Of a DNA stretch of 64,000 bases, positions 18,781-27,957 are shown one piece after another. The first letter of the stretch is position 1. Each line of letters opens with the position of its first letter. Under the pieces are notes generated by a model. It did not search any database. It was not told the DNA's origin and saw nothing but the letters and a program-made list of their open reading frames with translations. Source of the DNA: an uncultured Candidatus Peribacteria bacterium (GTDB lineage Bacteria; Patescibacteriota; Gracilibacteria; UBA1369; 2-02-FULL-48-14); assembly GCA_964387375.1 (NCBI GenBank), contig CAYLWB010000001.1, positions 38,514-102,513 of the forward strand. The letters are read 5' to 3'. A program made the translations under genes and the position numbers.

Positions 18781-19787
18781 AAAACATCCTCATTATTGGA
18801 TCTTATGGAGCTTCTAACCTGGGAGATGAGGCTCTTTTGGAGGCGCTCTTAACTCATACAAAAGTAAAAATTAAGAAGTTCGTACTGAGTGGGAATATTA
18901 AAGACACGCTCAAAAGACACCCCAAAGCCGATGCTGTCGCTCTACATTTTCCTTTCGGCTTACGTTCCTTTTTCTCTTTCGGATGGTTCAAGTCCTTTGT
19001 TTTACTGAGGAAAGCAGATCTTGTTCTTTTGGGTGGAGGTGGGCTTTTTGCAGACCATGAAACGCCAAAGGCAGTGGCTTTGTGGAGCTGGCAAGTCCTT
19101 TGGGTCAAGCTGTTGAGAAAACGTTTGGTTATTCTTGGGAATTCTATTGGCCCTCTAAAAACCTATTTTGGAAGAAAAACAACAGCTTGGGCATTGCGTC
19201 AGGCTGAAGAAATTTACGTACGTGATCAAAACTCTCTCCAATGGGTGCAGAACTTGGCTCCGAAAACACCAATGCATTTGAGTTCCGACCTTGCATTTCT
19301 AAATAAAAAACCAGAAACAGCACAAAAAAAGAAGCAAATTGCATTGAATATACGCCCCTGGAACTGTTCTGTTTCTTTAGCCCCTCTGATTGCTCACTAC
19401 AAAAAAAAGGGCTATTCCATTTTACTTATACCCATGGAGGAACAAGATCGTATTCTGCTCGAACAGTACGAAGACGAAGGAGTAAAAATAATCTTCCCCG
19501 ACAATTATGAAAGTCTTTTGCAGCTCTTAAACACTTGCGAAGCAGCATTAGGAATGCGCCTGCATTTTTTAATTGCTGCAGCTATAGCAGATTGCAAGGT
19601 GGCTGGCATTAGTTATTCATCTAAGGTTGACGGTATGATGGAACTTCTAGAACTACCCCACCAAACTCCACAAGAACTTACAGAAAAAACGGTAATTGAT
19701 TTAATGGGCAAAGCAAAAAAGGCGATGCACGTAGATGAGCAGCGCTTAAAAGCAAAAGAGATGTTAAAAGAGCTTAATCTTTCTTAG
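18756..19787 (+). CDS. polysaccharide pyruvyl transferase (CsaB-like)
   Basis: ILIIGSYGASNLGDEALLEALL, LGGGGLFADHETPKA, MRLHFLIAAAIADCKVAGISYSSKVDGMM. These are the three hallmark blocks of CsaB/PS_pyruv_trans proteins. Confidence 0.8.
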   Translation: MVMEKASIKNILIIGSYGASNLGDEALLEALLTHTKVKIKKFVLSGNIKDTLKRHPKADAVALHFPFGLRSFFSFGWFKSFVLLRKADLVLLGGGGLFADHETPKAVALWSWQVLWVKLLRKRLVILGNSIGPLKTYFGRKTTAWALRQAEEIYVRDQNSLQWVQNLAPKTPMHLSSDLAFLNKKPETAQKKKQIALNIRPWNCSVSLAPLIAHYKKKGYSILLIPMEEQDRILLEQYEDEGVKIIFPDNYESLLQLLNTCEAALGMRLHFLIAAAIADCKVAGISYSSKVDGMMELLELPHQTPQELTEKTVIDLMGKAKKAMHVDEQRLKAKEMLKELNLS

Positions 19788-20214
19788 CAGCAGCTTTCTT
19801 CTTTGCAGCTGGTTTTGCTGCAGCCTTGGGAGCCTTTTCAGCGCTCTCGGCTTTCTCTTCAGCTACGGTGGTCTCCTTAACAGCGGCCTTCTTTTGAACT
19901 GCAGAGATCTTAAGCACCTTAATCAAGGTATAATTCTGGCGGTGTCCTTGAGAAAGTTGGTAGCGTTTTTTAGGATTTTTCTTAAAAATGCGCACCTTTT
20001 CTCCCTTTCCATGTTCAAGCACTTGGCATTCAACCTGAGCACCTGCAACAAAAGGAGTTCCGATCTTCATATCCGTAGCTTCTTCGTCAGAAAGCAAAAG
20101 CACCTCTTTGATTTTTAGAGCTTCTCCTTCCTTAATATCGAGCTTTTCTACTTCGAGTTCATCCTTTTCACGAACTTTGTATTGTTTTCCACCGAGGGCA
20201 ACGACTGCGAACAT
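19774..20214 (-). CDS. rplU: 50S ribosomal protein L21 with a Lys/Ala-rich C-terminal extension
   Basis: MFAVVALGGKQYKV...RIFKKNPKKRYQLSQGHRQNYTLIKV core, followed by about 40 aa of ...KAPKAAAKPAAKKKAAAKKD. Confidence 0.95.
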   Translation of the reverse strand: MFAVVALGGKQYKVREKDELEVEKLDIKEGEALKIKEVLLLSDEEATDMKIGTPFVAGAQVECQVLEHGKGEKVRIFKKNPKKRYQLSQGHRQNYTLIKVLKISAVQKKAAVKETTVAEEKAESAEKAPKAAAKPAAKKKAAAKKD

Positions 20215-20258
20215 GAGACAGAATTAAATGCCAAGAAACTGTAGGGGAGAAATCGGGT

Positions 20259-20798
20259 TTAGGCAAGGGAATTTTTAACCAGTAGCTCCATTCCCTCTTT
20301 AAAAGACTTGTTCAAGTGCTCTCTTTCTTCTTTTGAAAAGTCACCCAAAACATAATCTGAAAGTGCCATCTGGTCTTGCATTTCAGGTTCACGAGCCTCC
20401 ACCCCAAGTCGAAGTCTCGGCACCCCCTCTGTATTCAGAGAAAAAAGCACTGATTTCATTCCATTATGGGTGCCTGCTGAGCCTTTTTCTCGAAAACGCA
20501 CAGCACCTAAAGGTAAATCCACATCGTCATAAACCACACAAACAGATGAAAGTGGTGGTTTATAAAACTGGACGAAACGTTGAAGCACTTCCCCACTTCG
20601 GTTCATAAAACTCAAGGGTTTTAGAAGTAGGATTTTCTCATCTCCTTGGCCTTTTTCACTGACCAAGCCGCCCCATTTTTCCTGAAATTCTGGAAAATCG
20701 TGTTCGTGGGCAAAGGCATCTAAAAAGAGGAAGCCAGCGTTGTGACGGGTATTTAGGTATTTTTCACCAGGGTTTCCGAGGCCGCAGAGCAGTTTCAT
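20259..20798 (-). CDS. pth: peptidyl-tRNA hydrolase
   Basis: MKLLCGLGNPGEKYLNTRHNAGF, FMNRSGE, YDDVDLPLGAVRFREKGSAGTHNGMKS. Confidence 0.95.
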   Translation of the reverse strand: MKLLCGLGNPGEKYLNTRHNAGFLFLDAFAHEHDFPEFQEKWGGLVSEKGQGDEKILLLKPLSFMNRSGEVLQRFVQFYKPPLSSVCVVYDDVDLPLGAVRFREKGSAGTHNGMKSVLFSLNTEGVPRLRLGVEAREPEMQDQMALSDYVLGDFSKEEREHLNKSFKEGMELLVKNSLA

Positions 20799-22183
20799 TG
20801 AAGGTCATGAAATTCAAAGAAATGTGGAGCGATTTTGATAAAATCCCCTGTTTCAGCACCTTGCCGTCGCAATTCAGTTTGAATTCCCATTTTTTGGAGC
20901 ACATCATAGAGACGTTGGATCGCTTGCTCCTGATCTACATTGGTCATACGAGAAATCTGTTGAATGCGTGGACCCGTGACCTCAAACAAAGTGCGTCGAG
21001 GCCTGGTTCCTTCACTTAGCACCACTCCATAAACCACTTCACGAAGTTCATCGACATGAAGCTCGTACATCTTCTTAACTTCAAAAGATTGTTCGTCCAC
21101 AAAATGAACGGGGGTATAACTTTGAATCCCTGAAGTCGCCTCTACTTCAGGTGCTGCTTTTTCTGCTTTTTGGTTGAGAGTCCAAAGCTCAAAAAGTAGA
21201 CCGGAAAGGCCTTCCCCACTCACACCAGAAACCAAACGCAATTTATTCTTAAGTTTTGGAAAATCTTTTAAGAACTCTTTTGTGAGTCGAGCTCGATCTT
21301 CTTCCGGGATTGCATCAATCTTGTTGATGGCGACCAAAAACTCTTTTTTGACCATTTTTGGGTCGTATTTTTTAAGCTCCATTTGAAGGATTCTGAATTG
21401 ATCCGACAAAGTTCGTTCCTCGTAAGGAAAAGGGTCCAAAAGATAGAGTAAGGTAGCGCTACGAGCGATGTGTTTTAAGAAAGTTCCTCCTAAACCTTTC
21501 CCTTCAGAAGCCCCTTCAATAATTCCAGGCATATCAGCAATCACCAAACTTTGGGATTCATTCCCTCCAAACTCCTTTAAATAAACCACTCCAAGATTTG
21601 GAATCAAAGTTGTGAATGGATAGGCACCCACCTTGGGTTTGGCAGCAGAAACGTGCGAAATGAATGTGGACTTCCCTGCAGAAGGAAATCCCAGCAACCC
21701 CACATCAGCCACCAAGCGCAACTCTAAACGAACTTCTCGGCTTTCACCGATATCTCCCAGTTCAGCAAACTTAGGTGCCTGGCGTGTGCTGGACATAAAA
21801 TGGGCATTCCCATACCCCCCACGACCCCCTTTAGAAATCAAAAATCGATCTCCATGCTTGCGCAAATCTGCCAACAGTTCTTCACGTTGTACGTCATAAA
21901 CCAAAGTACCCACAGGCACCAAAAGTTCCAAATTTTCACCCGCATGACCCGCTCTATTATTAGTGTTTCCATTTTCACCTGGGCCAGCCGTAAAAGATTT
22001 TCTCCCTGAAAAGTGCCGAAAGGTGTTGTGATTCTCATCTGCGACTAAAATCACGTCACCTCCATTGCCCCCCTCTCCTCCATCGGGAGGCCCCATGTCC
22101 ACATATTTTTCACGGTGAAAAAAAACCATCCCATTACCTCCACGACCCCCCTCTAACGTGAGGGTAACTTCATCAAAAAACAT
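20795..22183 (-). CDS. obg: GTPase Obg/CgtA with C-terminal OCT domain
   Basis: MFFDEVTLTLEGGRGGNG Gly-rich Obg fold, G1 GFPSAGKST, G3 DMPGIIEGA, NKID, and a C-terminal OCT-like domain. Confidence 0.95.
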   Translation of the reverse strand: MFFDEVTLTLEGGRGGNGMVFFHREKYVDMGPPDGGEGGNGGDVILVADENHNTFRHFSGRKSFTAGPGENGNTNNRAGHAGENLELLVPVGTLVYDVQREELLADLRKHGDRFLISKGGRGGYGNAHFMSSTRQAPKFAELGDIGESREVRLELRLVADVGLLGFPSAGKSTFISHVSAAKPKVGAYPFTTLIPNLGVVYLKEFGGNESQSLVIADMPGIIEGASEGKGLGGTFLKHIARSATLLYLLDPFPYEERTLSDQFRILQMELKKYDPKMVKKEFLVAINKIDAIPEEDRARLTKEFLKDFPKLKNKLRLVSGVSGEGLSGLLFELWTLNQKAEKAAPEVEATSGIQSYTPVHFVDEQSFEVKKMYELHVDELREVVYGVVLSEGTRPRRTLFEVTGPRIQQISRMTNVDQEQAIQRLYDVLQKMGIQTELRRQGAETGDFIKIAPHFFEFHDLQ

Positions 22184-22202
22184 ATTTTAAAGCTAATTTT
22201 TA

Positions 22203-22922
22203 TTATTCAAGATTTGCAAGCTCACTTTCGATGGCCTCCACAATGAGCTGCCCTCGAGCTCCACGAACAGGGATTCCATTGACAAAGAAGTATGGGGTTG
22301 CACTAACTCCATAGGTAGAAGCCGCAATAAAGTCTCCCTCAATTTCATCCATAAAACTTCGATCCATCAGACAATCTTCAATGTCGGCACCCAACTGATC
22401 TGCCAAATCAACTAAGAAGGCATTGGGATCTAAGGACTGGTTGAAGTCGGCAATGTTCGTAAAGATCAAATCATGCATAGCGAAATACTCCTCATCTCCC
22501 TGTTCCCCCACACATTCAGCTGCCAAAGCAGCCTCGTCCGAATACACATGTTTAGGCAAAGGATAATCGCGGTAAACAAACTTCACGAGCCCCTTATCAA
22601 TATAATTTTCCTTGATGTAAGGGAATATCTCCATATGGAAGCTGTAGCAGTAAGGGCATTGGTAATCGCTAAATTCCACCAAAGTCACAGGAGCATCTAC
22701 CTCTCCCATCACAGCATCATCATCTGAACTCACACTCACACGTTGAGGAATCAATTCATCAAGAGTGGGTAGGTTTGCAGCTTGAGTCTGGGATTGGATC
22801 TGCACAGCTTCATCAGACTCTATTCCTTCGAAGAAATCCTCTTTAGAGAGCACAAGCCCTAAGGTCAAACCGACGACCAAGAAACTCAAACCGACCCAGA
22901 CAAGTTGAGAACGTTCATTCAT
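22203..22922 (-). CDS. membrane-anchored DsbA-family thiol:disulfide oxidoreductase
   Basis: N-terminal TM helix, then VTLVEFSDYQCPYCYSF (a CxxC thioredoxin-fold motif) and TPYFFVNG. Confidence 0.8.
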   Translation of the reverse strand: MNERSQLVWVGLSFLVVGLTLGLVLSKEDFFEGIESDEAVQIQSQTQAANLPTLDELIPQRVSVSSDDDAVMGEVDAPVTLVEFSDYQCPYCYSFHMEIFPYIKENYIDKGLVKFVYRDYPLPKHVYSDEAALAAECVGEQGDEEYFAMHDLIFTNIADFNQSLDPNAFLVDLADQLGADIEDCLMDRSFMDEIEGDFIAASTYGVSATPYFFVNGIPVRGARGQLIVEAIESELANLE

Positions 22923-22961
22923 AGTAAGAAATTAGGCGTTGCTCAAAGAATACACTAAATA

Positions 22962-22990
22962 TTGTCTAAGGCCAAGAAAGCGTGTAAATT
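22962..22990 (+). promoter_or_regulatory. sigma70-like promoter for tRNA-Leu(CAA)
   Basis: TTGTCT (22962-22967), 17-nt spacer, TAAATT (22985-22990). The tRNA 5' end is 13 nt downstream. Confidence 0.4.
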
Positions 22991-23002
22991 CACCTCGCAC
23001 TG

Positions 23003-23089
23003 GCCGAAGTGGCGGAATTGGTAGACGCGCGGGACTCAAAATCCCGTTCCTCTCGGGGAGTGTGGGTTCGATTCCCACCTTCGGCACCA
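23003..23089 (+). tRNA. tRNA-Leu (anticodon CAA), CCA encoded
   Basis: Cloverleaf folded by hand: acceptor GCCGAAG/CTTCGGC, anticodon stem CGGGA/TCCCG with loop CTCAAAA, long variable arm, T-loop TTCGATT, discriminator A plus CCA. Confidence 0.9.
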
Positions 23090-23110
23090 AAAAATAATCT
23101 ATTAATTCAT

Positions 23111-23461
23111 ATGGCGAAATACCCTTTTGAACTCCAAGAAGGAGAGCTTGTTATAAAAAATGAAAATTCTATCTATACAGTGAGCACTTTCAATGCGCAC
23201 ATTGGGTTTTTGATGCTCACAAACAAGCGGCTCATTTTTTACAGACAGACAAACATGATGTTTGGCCTGATTGGCCTTTTAAGCAAGAGGATGCGTGCTG
23301 GCTTGGTATGGGAGGTTTCTTTGAAAGACATTGAAAGCCTCACTCGCCCGGAAGGGGTAATGAATAAAGCAAAAATGGTGGTTCGTACCCGTCAGGGTGA
23401 AGAATACCGTGTCGTAGCTGATCTAGAACCCTGGGAAGCAGCCCTAAAGCAAGCTAAATAA
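23111..23461 (+). CDS. small PH/GRAM-like domain protein
   Basis: ATG 23111 (MAKYPFELQEGELVIKNE...GFLMLTNKRLIFY). The longer track ORF (23009..) would run through the tRNA gene and is rejected. Confidence 0.5.
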   Translation: MAKYPFELQEGELVIKNENSIYTVSTFNAHIGFLMLTNKRLIFYRQTNMMFGLIGLLSKRMRAGLVWEVSLKDIESLTRPEGVMNKAKMVVRTRQGEEYRVVADLEPWEAALKQAK

Positions 23462-25631
23462 GTCGCTCGCGTATTTTCTTTGCTAAGGAGACTCCAACAA
23501 ATGCCTCAAGATCCTGTTGAGAACTTTTTTTGATCTCCTCCACAGAACCATATTTTTGGAGCAGCTTCATTTTAAGGTTTTTCCCAACTCCCGAAATAGT
23601 ATCAAGTACAGAAGCCTGCAAATGGCGGCCACGAAGGCTCCTTTGAAACTCAATAGCAAAACGATGGGCTTCATCTCTTAACCTTCGAAGAAGGTATAGA
23701 GCTTTCGAATCCTTCGGAATAAGAAGCGGAAAGCTTTTCCCTTCTACAAAAACATCCTCTTCACGTTTCGCCAAACCAATCATAACAATATTGAGACCAC
23801 GAGCCTCTCTGGCCTTTAAAGCAGCACCCAACTGACCCTTCCCACCATCGATCACAATAAGGTCTGGTCGACTTTGGAAAGAGGCGTCTGCGTGTTTAGC
23901 AGGATCAAAGGCTACAACTGAACTGCCTTTAAAAAGTTCCTCAAAATGTTTAGGCGTCTGTTTCACCTGCTCGAAACCCAAATCGATATAGAATTGTTCA
24001 TCTGGAGCATAAACTCTTTTTACTTTGACCTTTTCTAAAAAAGCCTTAAACAAGGCCTCTCGGAATTCTACGCTCTCGGTCATTGGTAAAAGAGCTGCCC
24101 TCCCCTCTTTATCTAAAGAAAAATCTAAGGTGGCAATTTTAGTTTTGCCCTCAAAAGCCACTATGCTGTTTTGTATCTTCTTAAAAGTGCAAGGCCCTAA
24201 TGAGCCCTTCAAATGGCCAAGACGGCGGAATAAGATCTCTTCCATAGATTTGAAATCGTCAATCTCGCCCTCTTCAACCCCCTTCAGATGGAAACGACGG
24301 TAATCACTCTTCTTAGCTTTTCCATTTTCGAAAACAACCATGGAAGCTACCGTGTCGGTTCCACCTAGATGAGAAATGTCAAAACATTCGATTCTCTTTG
24401 GTGGAAGGGGTAGCTCTAAATGTGCTGCCAACTCTTCAAGAACGGCCTGGTCATCTTGAGTTTCAAATCCAGCCCAACGTGCTTCGTGCTGTTTGCGAAA
24501 ACTCAATGCGTTTTGGAAGGCCAACTCCAAAAGTTGATTCTTTTTACCCCGTTGAGGGACTTTAATCTGAACAACGCTATCTACTTTTTGTCGGATCCAT
24601 CCCTCAAAAAAACTTTCCTTCTCAAGAGCAAAAGGAAGCAGAATTTGCTTGGGGAAATCGGCTGCACGCTCGTAGTACTGGAAGAGAAAACTTTCCAGAA
24701 GTTCGGTAGCACCTTCTTCTTCCCCTTCTAGGAAACCAGGGGCTTTCACTAGAAAATTTTCCTGGTTGATGAGTTTCCCAGAGCGAACCATAAAAAGATT
24801 GAAGTAGGCTTTTCCAGAATCCAAAACGAAAGCAAACACATCCATAGATTCTTCGGTAGGTGCGGAAACCAATTGCTTCTCCATAAGCTCTTCTATAGAA
24901 AAAAGTTTGTCTCTTAATAGAGCTGCTTTTTCAAACTCTTTTTTAGCCACAGCTTCTTGCATTTGAGATTTAAGCAGCTGCTCAATCTCATCTGTTTTTC
25001 CTTCTAAAAATAATTCGATTTTCCGTATAGATTCTCCGTAAGTTTTTGGGTCAATTTTACCAATACATGGGGCTGCACATCGTTTGATGTGGTAATCCAA
25101 ACATGGATAAGCCATGGTTTTTTTAGTCACCTTGCTCTGTTCATTTTCCCATTTGATTTCAAGATCGCAGCTTCGATACATGAACAGTTTCTGCAGAAGC
25201 AAAAGTGTTTTCTTGGCCTTCCCAGCCGAAGTTTTCGGCCCAAAATACCTTGCCCCATCCTTTTCAATGCGTCGTACCAAATCGATACGCGGGAAGTCTT
25301 CGTTCTTACTTATTTTTATGTAAACATAGTTCTTATCATCTTTCATAAGAACGTTGTACTTTGGCAAAAACTCCTTGATCAAATTGGTTTCAAGTATGAG
25401 TGCTTCCAAATCGCTACTCACTTCAATCCATTCGATATTTGCAATTTTAGATACCAAACTTTCGGTGCGCTTAGCTCTGTTTTTTTGAGTTTGGAAGTAA
25501 GAACGAACCCGATTTTTGAGATTTTTAGCTTTTCCTACATACAAAAGCGTTCCTTCTTCATCTCTAAACTTGTAGACTCCAGGAGAGTTTGGAAGTTCTT
25601 TCAGCAGACTCGACACTTCTTTTTTAGGCAT
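23454..25631 (-). CDS. uvrC: excinuclease ABC subunit C, with an internal insertion of about 100 aa
   Basis: GIY-YIG domain GVYKFRDEEGTLLYVGKAKNLKNRVRSYF, UvrB-interaction region EFEKAALLRDKL, endonuclease region IECFDISH...DDFKSMEEILFRR...PDLIVIDGGKGQL, C-terminal (HhH)2. 725 aa versus about 600 for typical UvrC. Confidence 0.95.
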   Translation of the reverse strand: MPKKEVSSLLKELPNSPGVYKFRDEEGTLLYVGKAKNLKNRVRSYFQTQKNRAKRTESLVSKIANIEWIEVSSDLEALILETNLIKEFLPKYNVLMKDDKNYVYIKISKNEDFPRIDLVRRIEKDGARYFGPKTSAGKAKKTLLLLQKLFMYRSCDLEIKWENEQSKVTKKTMAYPCLDYHIKRCAAPCIGKIDPKTYGESIRKIELFLEGKTDEIEQLLKSQMQEAVAKKEFEKAALLRDKLFSIEELMEKQLVSAPTEESMDVFAFVLDSGKAYFNLFMVRSGKLINQENFLVKAPGFLEGEEEGATELLESFLFQYYERAADFPKQILLPFALEKESFFEGWIRQKVDSVVQIKVPQRGKKNQLLELAFQNALSFRKQHEARWAGFETQDDQAVLEELAAHLELPLPPKRIECFDISHLGGTDTVASMVVFENGKAKKSDYRRFHLKGVEEGEIDDFKSMEEILFRRLGHLKGSLGPCTFKKIQNSIVAFEGKTKIATLDFSLDKEGRAALLPMTESVEFREALFKAFLEKVKVKRVYAPDEQFYIDLGFEQVKQTPKHFEELFKGSSVVAFDPAKHADASFQSRPDLIVIDGGKGQLGAALKAREARGLNIVMIGLAKREEDVFVEGKSFPLLIPKDSKALYLLRRLRDEAHRFAIEFQRSLRGRHLQASVLDTISGVGKNLKMKLLQKYGSVEEIKKSSQQDLEAFVGVSLAKKIRERLI

Positions 25632-25662
25632 TAGAATAGAAAACGCTCATCCTTAGAATAGC

Positions 25663-26571
25663 ATGACCCTGCCTTTCCCTAAAACCTTCACACTTGATCA
25701 GGCAGTGCATTTTACTTTGTCTTATTTCGACCTATTTGAAGTGCCTCTCAGCCAGGAACAACTTGAAGCACAATTGTTGAATCTAAAAAGCCGAGATACA
25801 TCTGAGATTCTTAAAAAGAGTCGAGACATTTATGAAAACAATGGCCGCTATGCTTTGCGAGATATTTTTGAACGTTTTAGTGAAAAGGAAAAACGGAGCC
25901 ATGAATATTGGAAAAAAATATATCGCTACCGCTGGCTTTTTAACCTTTGCCCTTTTGTAGAAGCTGTTTTTATATGCAACAGTCTTCCAATCAATGATAT
26001 CCATCAAGACAGTGACATTGATCTCTTGGTGGTCGCGCAAAAAGGGCAACTCTATACCGCACGTTTTTTTCTCACTCTATTTACACAGCTTTTAGGAATT
26101 CGCCGTCATGGGTCAAAGATCAAAAAGCGCTTTTGTTTGAGTTTTTACGTAACGGAAGACGCTCTCAATTTTTCGAGTTTGGCAAAAAACCCCTTCGATA
26201 TCTACTTGGCTTACTGGATCAAGACGCTTGAATTGGTTGCAGGCGACCCTCGATTTCTAAATAAAATTCACGACGAAAATCAAGTTTGGTTAAAAAGCTA
26301 CTTTTATTTTTGGAAAGGTACAAAAAAACACTTCCAAAAGAGATCCTTACTTCAAAGATTGATTAAAAGTACGCTGGAATTTTTCCTTAAATTTTTGCAG
26401 TTTGAAAAAAAGACTAAGAAAAGGCAACTGAAATCTATTCTTAAAAAAAGAGCGGAGCTCAAGGACCCTTCCGGCACGGTTGCGAATGATCAAGTGCTAA
26501 AATTCCATGATCAAGATAGACGCAACCAACTCAACCAAGAGTGGCTTAAAAAGATCCAAAAGTGGCTTTAG
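25663..26571 (+). CDS. hypothetical protein with a nucleotidyltransferase-like (Pol-beta superfamily) motif
   Basis: CNSLPINDIHQDSDIDLLVV fits the [GN]S...DxD minimal NTase signature. The rest is a Lys-rich helical region. Confidence 0.45.
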   Translation: MTLPFPKTFTLDQAVHFTLSYFDLFEVPLSQEQLEAQLLNLKSRDTSEILKKSRDIYENNGRYALRDIFERFSEKEKRSHEYWKKIYRYRWLFNLCPFVEAVFICNSLPINDIHQDSDIDLLVVAQKGQLYTARFFLTLFTQLLGIRRHGSKIKKRFCLSFYVTEDALNFSSLAKNPFDIYLAYWIKTLELVAGDPRFLNKIHDENQVWLKSYFYFWKGTKKHFQKRSLLQRLIKSTLEFFLKFLQFEKKTKKRQLKSILKKRAELKDPSGTVANDQVLKFHDQDRRNQLNQEWLKKIQKWL

Positions 26572-26602
26572 AATCCTTCATCCAAAAACTCAGCGGGGCT
26601 TT

Positions 26603-27946
26603 TTAACCTCTGCCTGGTTTTCTAAAAGTCAGTTGCATAGAAACTCCCACAAAGCCGAATTGTTCACGGAGTGCATTTTCCATGTAGCGCGCATATGAAA
26701 AGTGCATGAGTTCAGGCCAATCACAAAAAAATACAAAGTGGGGTGGATTGCTGCCCACCTGCTCAACTGAATTCACCGCAAAGATCTGCTTTCCACGACG
26801 CCCCTTGGGTGCATGCTTTTTAAGCACCTGATCAAGCCAAATATTCAACTGCTCTTGAGGGATCACCTTTTTCCGCTCTTCAGCAATTCGCATGCTCAGT
26901 TCTAAAATTTCAAAAATATTCTTTCGATCTTTAGCTGAAGTGAAGACGACGGGTGCCCACGGAACATAGGCCATTTTTCTACGCAATTGACGTATCCATT
27001 GATCCTCACGCAATTCGCGATCCTTGCCTTTTTCCAAATCAACCTTGTTAACCACCAAAATCAATCCCTTCCTCTCATCTAAAATGTGGGCACTCACATG
27101 ACAGTCTTGATTCGTAATGCCCTCCTCAAAATCCAAAAGAAGTGCACAAATATCTGCCTCAGAAACAGATTGCATGGTGCGCAGAATACTGTATTTTTCA
27201 AGGCCCGATTCAATTTTTCCACGTCGACGTATTCCTGCCGTATCCACTAAAACAAAGCCTCTGTCTTTGTACTCAAAAGGGATCTCGGAGGCATCTCGAG
27301 TGGTTCCAGGAATTTCAGAAACCACCACTCTTTCCTTCCCAAACAAAGCATTCACCATGCTGGATTTCCCTACATTTGGCCTTCCTAAAAAGGCGAGACG
27401 AATTTCTCCACCCTTGCTTTCGAGGGGGGTCGCCTTTGGAACTTTTAGATTTTTGAGCTCTTCAATGATCTTTTCTTCTAGAGCATCAAATCCATACGAA
27501 TGAATTGCTGTCACTGGTAAGGGTTCCCCAAAACCCAGCTCGCAAAGATTAAAACGCTGTTCTTCCAATCGTTCATTGTCACATTTGTTTGCAATCACTA
27601 AGACTGGTTTCTTCGATTTACGAAGGAGACTGGCAGCATGAAAATCTTCTGCAGTTGGATCATCTCTTACATCTAGAACGAATAGAATAAGATCAGCTCC
27701 ATCGATCGCCACTTGGGATTGGGCTTGGACGTTTGCCTCTAAATCATCTCCTTCTCTGTTCAGTTCCAAACCACCTGTATCAACGAGCAAGACGCGGTAA
27801 TCCCCAAACTGAACACTTTGATAAAGACGATCTCGAGTGGTTCCAGGAACATCAGACTCAATAGCCTGTCTCTTTCCAATCAAACGATTAAAGAGAGTTG
27901 ACTTACCCACATTGGGTCGACCTACAATGGCAACGACAGCAGACAT
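26603..27946 (-). CDS. der: ribosome-biogenesis GTPase Der/EngA
   Basis: Two tandem GTPase domains (GRPNVGKSTLFN, DTGG, NKCD; GRPNVGKSSMVN, DTAG, NKVD) and a C-terminal KH-like domain. Confidence 0.95.
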   Translation of the reverse strand: MSAVVAIVGRPNVGKSTLFNRLIGKRQAIESDVPGTTRDRLYQSVQFGDYRVLLVDTGGLELNREGDDLEANVQAQSQVAIDGADLILFVLDVRDDPTAEDFHAASLLRKSKKPVLVIANKCDNERLEEQRFNLCELGFGEPLPVTAIHSYGFDALEEKIIEELKNLKVPKATPLESKGGEIRLAFLGRPNVGKSSMVNALFGKERVVVSEIPGTTRDASEIPFEYKDRGFVLVDTAGIRRRGKIESGLEKYSILRTMQSVSEADICALLLDFEEGITNQDCHVSAHILDERKGLILVVNKVDLEKGKDRELREDQWIRQLRRKMAYVPWAPVVFTSAKDRKNIFEILELSMRIAEERKKVIPQEQLNIWLDQVLKKHAPKGRRGKQIFAVNSVEQVGSNPPHFVFFCDWPELMHFSYARYMENALREQFGFVGVSMQLTFRKPGRG

Positions 27947-27957
27947 AATTCGAACTT

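Noticed and set aside
23009-23110. N-terminal 34 codons of the track ORF 23009..23461
   Set aside because: This stretch is the tRNA-Leu(CAA) gene read as protein (MAELVDARDSKSRS...). The real CDS starts at ATG 23111.
25631-25661. Direct repeat TTAGAATAG twice, 22 bp apart, between the uvrC and nucleotidyltransferase-like gene starts
   Set aside because: It is probably just two -10-like TAGAAT hexamers serving the divergent genes. It is too short to distinguish from chance in AT-rich intergenic DNA.
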